A stretch of DNA of 50,954 nt from an uncultured Bacilli bacterium (lineage in GTDB: Bacteria; Bacillota_I; Bacilli_A; RF39; UBA660): assembly GCA_944363605.1 (NCBI GenBank), contig CALVUM010000026.1:1-50954 (forward strand), written 5' to 3'. This document shows, piece by piece, positions 1 to 7,877 of the stretch (positions are counted from its first letter, which is position 1; every line of letters begins with the position of its first letter). The notes beneath the pieces are model-generated. The model worked only from the letters and a program-made list of their open reading frames with translations. It ran no database searches and was not told where the DNA came from. Position numbers and translations under genes: made by a program.

Positions 1-1
1 A

Positions 2-283
2 GTTGGTAGTGGTGTATATAAAGCAAGCATAGCAGAAATGAAACATGAAAAAGATGCCTTAGAGTACATTGAATTACTGCAAGAAAAGTATGACTTTGAT
101 GTTGTTGATTATTTAGATGAAGAAGACTATTTTGTTAATCCGTGGTTGTTTAAAATTATTAAAGTTAACCCTAAGAGTTGCATTGAAAAATCAAAAGTTT
201 TTGGTTTATGGTTATTAGATGTTGGAAATTTTAATAGTTATTATGAAGAAAGTTCACAGAAGAATATAATTACTATTGTTTAA
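2..283 (+). CDS. hypothetical protein, probably the C-terminal part of a gene starting upstream of the window
   Basis: The frame of ORF 38..283 stays open back to base 2 with no stop. No recognisable motif. Confidence 0.4.
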   Translation, partial: VGSGVYKASIAEMKHEKDALEYIELLQEKYDFDVVDYLDEEDYFVNPWLFKIIKVNPKSCIEKSKVFGLWLLDVGNFNSYYEESSQKNIITIV

Positions 284-381
284 ATCAATTAAAAATGGTA
301 AAATAGTTATAGATTTTGTAAAGAAAGTCTTTGGCGTTAAAAATTTGGAAACTCGTTCAGTTTCCGTGCCATATGTGAATG

Positions 382-406
382 AACTCCAAGTTATTTGGAG
401 TTTTTA
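382..406 (+). terminator. rho-independent terminator candidate
   Basis: AACTCCAA / TTGGAGTT 8-bp stem followed by a T-run. A second hairpin (GGAAACT/AGTTTCC) lies just upstream at ~345-363. Confidence 0.5.
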
Positions 407-432
407 TATAAAAAGATTTGAGTGAGACTATT

Positions 433-1194
433 ATGGATTATAATTTTGATAAAGATGTAAAACTATTTATGATATTTGATATATTAGGTGATACCGTCAG
501 AACCGGTCCACAGCTTTGGCATATTGATAGAGAAAGACTTGAAGATGTCAAAAATCATATATTAGATTTGTTGTTAATAATAAGAATTTTAAAAAAGTAT
601 TTTCCATTAAAATTAAATATAGATTATGACAAAGTTAATGATTACATAATATGTCATGATTTGCCAGAGGCGATTACAGGGGATATTACTAAGTTTGAGG
701 GAGTTCCCGATGAAGAAATAAAAAGAGTAACTAAAATTGCTATTGAGTATTTATCAAATAAATTTGGAAATGTATTAGATCTTTCTAATATATTGAATAA
801 TTATGAGAGTAGAAGTGATATCGAAGCAAAAATAGTTCATATGATAGATAAGATTCATTCAGCTATTCCTTTTATGAAATATCAAAGTGAGAAAGATATT
901 AATATGGAAGATTCAAGAATTATTCCTGAATTAAGATATCATCCATTTGTTGTTAGAAAAATAGAAGAAGGTAAAGATTTAGCGGATATTTTTTTCGAAT
1001 TTCATTTAAAATCTGTTGATATTACAGATGAAGAATGTAAAAAATATAATATTACAAGAGAAGAAGCTAATAATATTACTGGAATTATAAGGTCTTTTGC
1101 TAATGAATTTCATATGCAAAAAGTCAATGGTAATTTGTTGAAAGTAGAAGATGACTTTCCAAATGAAGCTATGAAGTATAATCGAAAAAAATAG
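433..1194 (+). CDS. HD-domain metal-dependent phosphohydrolase (YfbR-like 5'-deoxynucleotidase type)
   Basis: ORF 418..1194. HD signature ...ICHDLPEAITGDI... with an upstream His (KNHILD). First ATG at 433; the TTG at 418 is an alternative start. Confidence 0.7.
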   Translation: MDYNFDKDVKLFMIFDILGDTVRTGPQLWHIDRERLEDVKNHILDLLLIIRILKKYFPLKLNIDYDKVNDYIICHDLPEAITGDITKFEGVPDEEIKRVTKIAIEYLSNKFGNVLDLSNILNNYESRSDIEAKIVHMIDKIHSAIPFMKYQSEKDINMEDSRIIPELRYHPFVVRKIEEGKDLADIFFEFHLKSVDITDEECKKYNITREEANNITGIIRSFANEFHMQKVNGNLLKVEDDFPNEAMKYNRKK

Positions 1195-1339
1195 GATTAT
1201 GAGTTTGTTTTCTACACTGTATGTTCAATATATTTCATTTTATTTAAGATTTAAAAATTGAAAAAATTTAATTTTATAAGTACTTTGAACATTTAGATAA
1301 ATGTATGATTTAATTATTAGTAAAATGAGGTGAGTAATT

Positions 1340-1869
1340 ATGAATGAAATGGATAAAAAAAGTTTAGAAAATGCAAAAAAATTATTTTTGATATCAAAAA
1401 TATTTTAGCTGGTACAACAAAAGGATTACAACAAATCTATAAATATTTATTTGATGGATTATATGATTTTTCTGGTAAGATTCGTAAAGAAAATATTTCT
1501 AAAGGAAACTTTAGATTTGGAAATTCTTTATACTTAGAAGAAATGTTAGAAAAAATTGAAACTATGAGTGAAGATACTTTAGATAAAATTATAGATAAAT
1601 ATGTTGAAATGAATATTGCTCACCCTTTTTTAGAGGGAAATGGTTGTAGTACGAGGATTTGGTTAGATTTAATTTTAAAAAAGAATTTAAATAAAATTGT
1701 TAGTTGGGAAAATATTGATAAAAAGCTTTATTTACAAGTAATGGAAAGAAGCCCAGTAAACACTTTAGAAATCAAAACTTTAATTGAAAATAATTTAACC
1801 GATGATTTTAGTTTAGAGAGTTTTTTTAAAGGGATAGAAGCATCATATTATTATGAGATTAATGAGTAG
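1340..1869 (+). pseudogene. Fic/DOC family protein, frameshifted in an A7 run, with a degenerate Fic motif
   Basis: GAGGTGA RBS + ATG at 1340, stop after 22 codons at 1406-1408. The next frame continues ...[37 protein letters not shown]... into ORF 1543..1869, which contains [12 protein letters not shown] (canonical HxFx[DE]GNGRxxR). The frame change maps to the A-run at 1375-1381. Confidence 0.8.
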
Positions 1870-1910
1870 AATTTGAATATTCTATAAATTTAGGGTTAAG
1901 GAGGTTAGTT

Positions 1911-2435
1911 TTGATTATGGAAGATTATGGTAAAGCTTTTGACTTTTTTTGGAAAGTTTATCATAAAGACTCTGATTTTCAAAAAAAGATTGATGAAAAT
2001 TTAGCAAATGGAAAAATTCGTTTTTTTAATGATGATGAGTGGGACAAAATTAAAAATCAAAATTTTGTTTCTCCTTCAAATGAAATGAAAGAGTTTATAG
2101 ATATGTTTTTATTAGGATATAATGGTGGTAATTGCGTCGGAGCATCTAGACAATTAAGTTATTCCTATCGTAATGTTGATATTGTATCTGGTATTTTACC
2201 TGTTTTAAAAGGAACTTTAAATGCTGAAAAAGAAGGCGGACATTGTTGGTTAGAAACACCTAAAACAATAATTGATACTTCTTTGATGTTAGTTATTGAT
2301 AAATCCTTGAAAAGTGATTTAGGATATATAGAGGAACAAAGATTAACTTCATATGAGCTTGCTACTTCTCCAACTTATCAGGCACGAAAAGAATTTGTGA
2401 ATGATAGAAATTTAAGGAGTAATAGAGAAAAATAA
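1911..2435 (+). CDS. hypothetical protein with a possible transglutaminase/papain-like Cys-His-Asp core
   Basis: AAGGAGG RBS 7 nt before the TTG at 1911. Spaced motifs GGNCVGAS ... GGHCWLE ... IIDTS resemble a Cys/His/Asp thiol-peptidase core. This is a weak by-eye call. Confidence 0.4.
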   Translation: MIMEDYGKAFDFFWKVYHKDSDFQKKIDENLANGKIRFFNDDEWDKIKNQNFVSPSNEMKEFIDMFLLGYNGGNCVGASRQLSYSYRNVDIVSGILPVLKGTLNAEKEGGHCWLETPKTIIDTSLMLVIDKSLKSDLGYIEEQRLTSYELATSPTYQARKEFVNDRNLRSNREK

Positions 2436-2466
2436 AAAAGCAGTTTTAAGACTAATTTGCTTTTTG
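2435..2466 (+). terminator. rho-independent terminator candidate
   Basis: AAAAAGCA ... TGCTTTTT stem followed by T residues, immediately after the stop at 2435. Confidence 0.5.
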
Positions 2467-2597
2467 TGTTATTTAAATTATTATTGGAAAATATTTTTTT
2501 AAAATGTATATAAAAGCAAAGGCATTTTTATTTATTAAAGTGTCTTTTTTTTGTGATTTTATAAGTTAAATGTGTATCTATTAAAACCAATTATAAC

Positions 2598-2625
2598 TTG
2601 AAAAATATAAGAAAATGTATATAAT
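2598..2625 (+). promoter_or_regulatory. sigma-A type promoter candidate for the giant surface protein gene
   Basis: TTGAAA - 16 nt - TATAAT (2620-2625), ~60 nt upstream of the AGGGGGA RBS / ATG at 2687. Confidence 0.45.
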
Positions 2626-2686
2626 AGTAGGCAAAAAATGTACTTTATGTGTAATTTCATAATATGAAGTAGGGGGAATTATAATT

Positions 2687-5600
2687 ATGAAAAAGATGTT
2701 ATGTAGAATATTTCTATTTTTATCATTTATATTTTGTTTAAATACTACACAAGTTGTTTATGCTGAAGTTAATATGAACGTAGGAGTTATTAGTAATGTC
2801 CAAGAGGTAAAGGAAAATGAAGAAATAGTTGTGACTTTACGTTTAGATGATTTTGTAGATATTAAGAAAGGGATTAATGCTTATAAAGCAACACTTTTTT
2901 ATGATGCTTCTATATTTGAAGAGGTAAAGACGAGCGATTTTACAAATTTAAATCATTGGGAGTATTTAAAATATAATTCTGAAACACATGAGATAGTTGC
3001 TATCCATCGTGCTGGAATGAAAGAAGCAAACGATGTTCTTTCTGTTCGCTTAAAAGCTAAAGAAAATATAACACCAACAAATACTATTGTTGCTTTTCAA
3101 AATGTAGTTGTTTCTGAAGGAAAAGAAGATTTGTATTTGGAAAGTGATGAGACGTTTATTGCAGTTATTAAAGAACAAATTGCTGTTCCTGTTTTTCCTA
3201 GCGAATCAAATCAAGATGAAAATGGAAATGAAAGTAATGAAGTAGACTCTCCATCTGATTCTTCTAAAGAACCAGAGACTGGTGAGCAAACAAATGATGA
3301 AGAAAGTCCCTTAGATAAAGAGGATATGGAACTATCTGGAAAAAATACTATTTGGTTTTGGATTTTATTTTTTGCGGTTATTGATTTATTCTTTTTAGCT
3401 TATTATCTTTATAAAAGATATGATAAGGATAAACAACATAAATATAAAAAATTTCTATTTCTTTTGACACTTAGTTTATCTTTATTCCAATTTGTTGGTA
3501 GTTCTTTTGCGACCATGATTAACTTGGCAATGCTTGGTGAATTAAATGGTGATGGTAAAATTAATTATACGGATGTAGAGATTTTAGAACGTTATTTGAT
3601 TCATTTAGAAGAGTTAGATAAGATCTATTTAGAAAACGCTGATATGAATGCGGATAAAAAAATTACGGTAACGGATTTAACTCTTTTAGTGCAAAAATTA
3701 GAAAAAAATCTAGATTATGATGTAGAAATTTTTGATTCTGAATTTGAAACGGTTTATTTTCATAAGAATGAGGATATACTTTTAGAATTTCGGGCTTCTG
3801 TTAGTTATGGTGCGAATATAGAATTTCTTAAAATAAATGGACAAAGTTATCTAGTTACTAAAATTTGTGATGAACTTTATTCTTTTTCTTTTCATACGGA
3901 GAGTATTGCTGGAATAAAAGAACTTAAGATTTCGGAAGCCGTTTTGGATAATGGAAAGTCTATTAAATTAAATCATACATTTCAAATTGATATATTAAAA
4001 GATTTGCCAGAATTTAAAAATTATGTAGTCACTTCTGATATTAATTTATCAAAGCAAATTATTGATTTTGATATTCTTGATCCAGATGCTAGTGTTACCA
4101 ACGCGACTTTACTTGTGTATCAAGAGGATGAAATAATTCGTCAATTTGAACTTCAAAGTGGTCATAATAAAGTTGAAGTTCCAGTCGAAGATGGTGTTCT
4201 TTATGATGTTTCTATTATTATTGATTATGATTTAAAAACTTTAGAGTCATTAAATGGAGATCATGAGGGGCAGTTTGTTTTTGAAAAAGAATTATTATTA
4301 AATATTGATTATCAATTTTCTTTATCTAATATAAAAACGTATAATCAAGATAACGTTGAGGTTACTGAGTTTGAAAAATACAAAACAATAGCTATTGGTT
4401 TTGATAGCACAAATCTTACTATTCATGATCCAGTAAGTGTTAAGATTAATGGAAAAACTTATGATGAAATTCGTAAAGTGAATAATCGTTATTATGTGAC
4501 TATTGATGGTTTTACGGAGTTAGGGACCTCAGAAATTAGAGTAGAAGAGGTAACTCTTGCTAATGGGAAAGTGTTTGTTTTAGAGGAAAATAACACGATA
4601 AATACAACAATTATTAAAAGAAAACCTATTTTATCTAATTTTTCATATGAAGAGAATAAAGAAACGAATCAAATGCAAGTGGATTTCCAATTGCAAGATG
4701 AGGATAAAAGTATTCATTCTATTGAAATACAATTGTTAGATGGTTATGACAATGAAATTTCAAAAGTGATTTTGAATGGGGAAGAACTAAACTCTAATGA
4801 AATCTCTCAATTATTAGATACAAAAGTGACGGATAAATATCGAGTAAAAGTTCTTGTTTCTTATATTCAAAATGAAGATATTCAAAGTGAAGTATTCCTT
4901 GATGAAGAAGTTGAGGCATTACCTCGTGTAGAAATTCAGAAGATTTCAACAGATAAGATTTATTATGAAAAAGAAGAAGTTATGAATGTTGTCTATGAAA
5001 TTGAGACAAATAAAAATGCAGAAATTCGTTTTATAAGACTTAATAATGTAGACTGTATTGTGACGTCTTTAGGTAATGGAAAATATCAAATTCTTGCTAA
5101 TGCTCCAACATCAAGTGGAGTACAAGATTTGGTTACATCTAAAATTATTTTTACAGATGAAAGTGAAATAGAAGTTTCTAAAACAGTAAAAATTGAAGTT
5201 TTAAAATCCGTTCCAAGTGTATTGAATGTTAAACAAGAAGATGATTTAAATAATGGAGCTATAAAGTTTAGTTTTGAAATTTTAGATGAAGACGATAGTT
5301 TGCTAACCAGTAAAGCTATAGTTATAAAAGAAAATGATGGAACGGCTAGGGAGTTTAGGGTACAAAAAGGGCATAATGAACTTGTTATTCCAGTAGAAAA
5401 TGCCGAGATATATCAATTAAATTTACAAGTTTCTTATGATCGTGATACTAATACATTTACAACTGATGATAATCTTTATGAAAATGTTCTTTTAGCAAGT
5501 TATGATTTACAATTGTTAAACAATTATGAGTTAACGGTTTCAAACATTCAAACTTTTAATCAAGGAATAGAGACAAAATATTTTAATAAAAATGAAGCTA

Positions 5601-6634
5601 TTTTGGTTCGTTTTGAAAGCTCAAATATTAGTCAATTTAAACCAGTTCAAGTGGTTATCAATGAAAAAACTTATTCTTTAAGCGAACAAGAAAACTATTA
5701 TCAAGTAGAAGTACCAGGTTATAACGATTCAGGAATAGAAACTTTAAATATTGAAAAAATTATTTTAAGTAATACTTACGAAGAAGAAATCAAGGATAAA
5801 AGTGTATCAGTTCATATCTTAAAAGATGCTTTATCAGTTACTAATTTTGGGTATGAAAGAACAACACAAAATAAATTAAAAGTTCATTTTACTGTTTTGG
5901 ATGCAGAAAATACTTTTGTAGATGGAACAGCGCGTATTGCGATAGGCGAGAATGTGCTACTAGAACAAGCAATTCAAGTTGGAGAAAATAGTTTTGAAAT
6001 TGATATCTTGGGTAATGATATAACTGAATATCATGTGTCTGTTCATTCTTCTTATAATTTAGATCCAGCTAAAGATAGTGAAAATATACTTTCTAATGTT
6101 TTAGTTTTCAATGAAAAAATTACTTTATCTTCTTATGCAGTAGAATTGAAAGACGTTGTATCAAATAAGTTATTTTATAAAAATAATGAAGTGACAACTC
6201 TTGATATTACCAATCAAATTCCTACTGATTTGGAAAATTATTATGTAAAAATTGAAATGAAAAACTTGCCAACTTATTATGCCGATGTAGAAAAGTTTGT
6301 GCTTGATAGTGATGCAAATCGACTTTATGTTGTTCTTCGGCAAACAGATTTTATTCAATATACGGAAAGCAATGATGGTTTTGATCGACTACAGTCTTAT
6401 TCTTTTCCAATTGCTTATCAAAATAGTGAAGGTGTTCATCCTTTATATACGAGTGCTATAGAGTTATTTGAAGCGATGGCGGAAAATCCAACAGGGACAT
6501 TTGTTTTAGATGAGGATTTAGATGCATCAGAAGTACCTTCGAATAACGCGGCGGTTAATGTGACTTTTAGTGGTACCTTAGATGGTCAGGGGCATAAAAT
6601 CATTGCCAACTGTATTATTCGCGACTTTAAATAG
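2687..6634 (+). CDS. giant surface protein, fragment 1 of 3: signal peptide, cohesin-like domain, acidic linker, TM hairpin, dockerin, repeated Ig-like modules
   Basis: N-terminal signal peptide (LFLSFIFCLNTTQVVYA). Cohesin-like segment (...INAYKATLFYDASIFEEV...). Two hydrophobic helices around nt 3349-3510. Dockerin duplicated Ca-loop motif LNGDGKINYTDVEILERYL ... ADMNADKKITVTDLTLLVQKL. Recurring ~350-aa modules. Ends in GTLDGQGHKI, then goes out of frame. Confidence 0.85.
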   Translation: MKKMLCRIFLFLSFIFCLNTTQVVYAEVNMNVGVISNVQEVKENEEIVVTLRLDDFVDIKKGINAYKATLFYDASIFEEVKTSDFTNLNHWEYLKYNSETHEIVAIHRAGMKEANDVLSVRLKAKENITPTNTIVAFQNVVVSEGKEDLYLESDETFIAVIKEQIAVPVFPSESNQDENGNESNEVDSPSDSSKEPETGEQTNDEESPLDKEDMELSGKNTIWFWILFFAVIDLFFLAYYLYKRYDKDKQHKYKKFLFLLTLSLSLFQFVGSSFATMINLAMLGELNGDGKINYTDVEILERYLIHLEELDKIYLENADMNADKKITVTDLTLLVQKLEKNLDYDVEIFDSEFETVYFHKNEDILLEFRASVSYGANIEFLKINGQSYLVTKICDELYSFSFHTESIAGIKELKISEAVLDNGKSIKLNHTFQIDILKDLPEFKNYVVTSDINLSKQIIDFDILDPDASVTNATLLVYQEDEIIRQFELQSGHNKVEVPVEDGVLYDVSIIIDYDLKTLESLNGDHEGQFVFEKELLLNIDYQFSLSNIKTYNQDNVEVTEFEKYKTIAIGFDSTNLTIHDPVSVKINGKTYDEIRKVNNRYYVTIDGFTELGTSEIRVEEVTLANGKVFVLEENNTINTTIIKRKPILSNFSYEENKETNQMQVDFQLQDEDKSIHSIEIQLLDGYDNEISKVILNGEELNSNEISQLLDTKVTDKYRVKVLVSYIQNEDIQSEVFLDEEVEALPRVEIQKISTDKIYYEKEEVMNVVYEIETNKNAEIRFIRLNNVDCIVTSLGNGKYQILANAPTSSGVQDLVTSKIIFTDESEIEVSKTVKIEVLKSVPSVLNVKQEDDLNNGAIKFSFEILDEDDSLLTSKAIVIKENDGTAREFRVQKGHNELVIPVENAEIYQLNLQVSYDRDTNTFTTDDNLYENVLLASYDLQLLNNYELTVSNIQTFNQGIETKYFNKNEAILVRFESSNISQFKPVQVVINEKTYSLSEQENYYQVEVPGYNDSGIETLNIEKIILSNTYEEEIKDKSVSVHILKDALSVTNFGYERTTQNKLKVHFTVLDAENTFVDGTARIAIGENVLLEQAIQVGENSFEIDILGNDITEYHVSVHSSYNLDPAKDSENILSNVLVFNEKITLSSYAVELKDVVSNKLFYKNNEVTTLDITNQIPTDLENYYVKIEMKNLPTYYADVEKFVLDSDANRLYVVLRQTDFIQYTESNDGFDRLQSYSFPIAYQNSEGVHPLYTSAIELFEAMAENPTGTFVLDEDLDASEVPSNNAAVNVTFSGTLDGQGHKIIANCIIRDFK

Positions 6635-7877
6635 GGCTACCATTCAGAATTTGGTTATTGAAAATGCAAATATTACGAATAATTCTAAAGGAATACTTGC
6701 AAATACTATTGAAAATAACTCTATAGTTATAAATACACATGTTTTGAATTCAAGTATCAGTAATGATCAGTCTATGATAGGTGGAATTGTTGGGGAGATT
6801 AAAAATTCAACAATTAAGCAAAGTTCTGTTGTTGATATATCGATAAGAGTAAGTAATACGGCTGGTGGTATTGCCGGACAAATGAGTAGTGGAAGTGTTG
6901 TGGAAGACTGCTATGTCACAGGTAGCATTACAGGAACTATCACCTATGGTATGGGAGCTCGTGTTGGTGGTATTACAGGTTGGGCAAGTGGAACGAAAAT
7001 TGATCGTGTTTATACGAAAGTTAATTTGTCTGGCTTAACTAGTTTAGGTGGATTAATTGGAGGGCCAAATGGCCAAAATCCTGTAATTACTAATTCAGTA
7101 AGTTTTGGAAATGGTGGTTATCGTCTTTCTGGTTATGGAAAAATTGCTAATATGGTAAATGTTTATGAATATGCTAATTCTACAGCTATTTCTCATATTG
7201 ATAGTATGGTAACAAATATTAAAGAAATCGATACGATGTATGATAAATCTTTCTATCAAGGTGTTTTAGGATTTGACGAGAATATTTGGTATTTTGATTT
7301 AGTTGGTTATGAGATTTTACCTATGTTAAAAAATAGTCCGCTTCCTCATGATATTGCTTCTTATGAAATAGAAACAAATCCAAATAATATTCCAAATTAT
7401 GCTGAGGTGAGAAAAAGTAGTGTCTATAAAGCTGAAAATGAAATTTTATATTATAATTTGTCAAAACTAAAGCCTTTCTCGGATACAAGAACTTGGTTAG
7501 AAATGGCTAATGCATACAGTGATGATTCTTTAATGGCCAAAGAAAAGATTTCCTTTATTGTTCCATTGAATGAAAATAATGAAAATGTTTTAGGATTAAC
7601 AAAAGAAACTGTAAGTTCGATTACTAAAATTCGGGTTGTTTATGAAAATAAAGAAAGTGAAACTTATGAAGTTGAACATTTTCTTAATGTAGAAAATTTA
7701 ATTGCTACTTATAAGATAGAAGGAACAAATTTAGAGTATGAGTATGATAATTATCTAAAAACTATTGATGAAAGTTTATTGACTCAGATTTTTGCTGTAG
7801 CTTCAAATTTAGACTATGCTACAGATATTGCCACTCTTACTAGTGAAGAGGAGTCGCTTGTATGTGGATTTCTATAA
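6582..7877 (+). CDS. giant surface protein, fragment 2 of 3: GLUG-motif repeat region
   Basis: GLUG-type repeats GGIVGE, GGIAGQ, GGITGW, GGLIGG. Continues fragment 1 if one A is removed from the A4 run at 6596-6599 (GHK-SLPTVLFATLNRATIQNL). Confidence 0.85.
   Translation: MVRGIKSLPTVLFATLNRATIQNLVIENANITNNSKGILANTIENNSIVINTHVLNSSISNDQSMIGGIVGEIKNSTIKQSSVVDISIRVSNTAGGIAGQMSSGSVVEDCYVTGSITGTITYGMGARVGGITGWASGTKIDRVYTKVNLSGLTSLGGLIGGPNGQNPVITNSVSFGNGGYRLSGYGKIANMVNVYEYANSTAISHIDSMVTNIKEIDTMYDKSFYQGVLGFDENIWYFDLVGYEILPMLKNSPLPHDIASYEIETNPNNIPNYAEVRKSSVYKAENEILYYNLSKLKPFSDTRTWLEMANAYSDDSLMAKEKISFIVPLNENNENVLGLTKETVSSITKIRVVYENKESETYEVEHFLNVENLIATYKIEGTNLEYEYDNYLKTIDESLLTQIFAVASNLDYATDIATLTSEEESLVCGFL

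Noticed and set aside
6170-6358. Short ORFs from the six-frame track that lie inside or antisense to large genes. Coordinates: 6170-6358, 9248-9445, 11519-11806, 11828-12019, 12975-13169, 14693-14926, 16424-16627, 16929-17156, 23407-23589, 24339-24536, 25179-25379, 27843-28052, 32463-32675, 35079-35471, 35664-35855, 36686-36868, 40935-41141, 47138-47416, 48050-48319, 48119-48301, 50268-50474.
   Set aside because: Each one overlaps a longer ORF with clear family motifs, lacks an RBS, and has the low-complexity Ile/Phe/Leu/Lys/Ser composition expected from off-frame translation of AT-rich coding DNA.
3700-6500. Are the recurring ~350-aa modules in the giant surface protein recent DNA tandem repeats or a phase-variable repeat array?
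   Set aside because: The modules are recognisably similar only at the protein-motif level (for example SNIKTYNQDN.. / SNIQTFNQGI..). The DNA copies are too diverged for slipped-strand variation, so these are ancient domain duplications.
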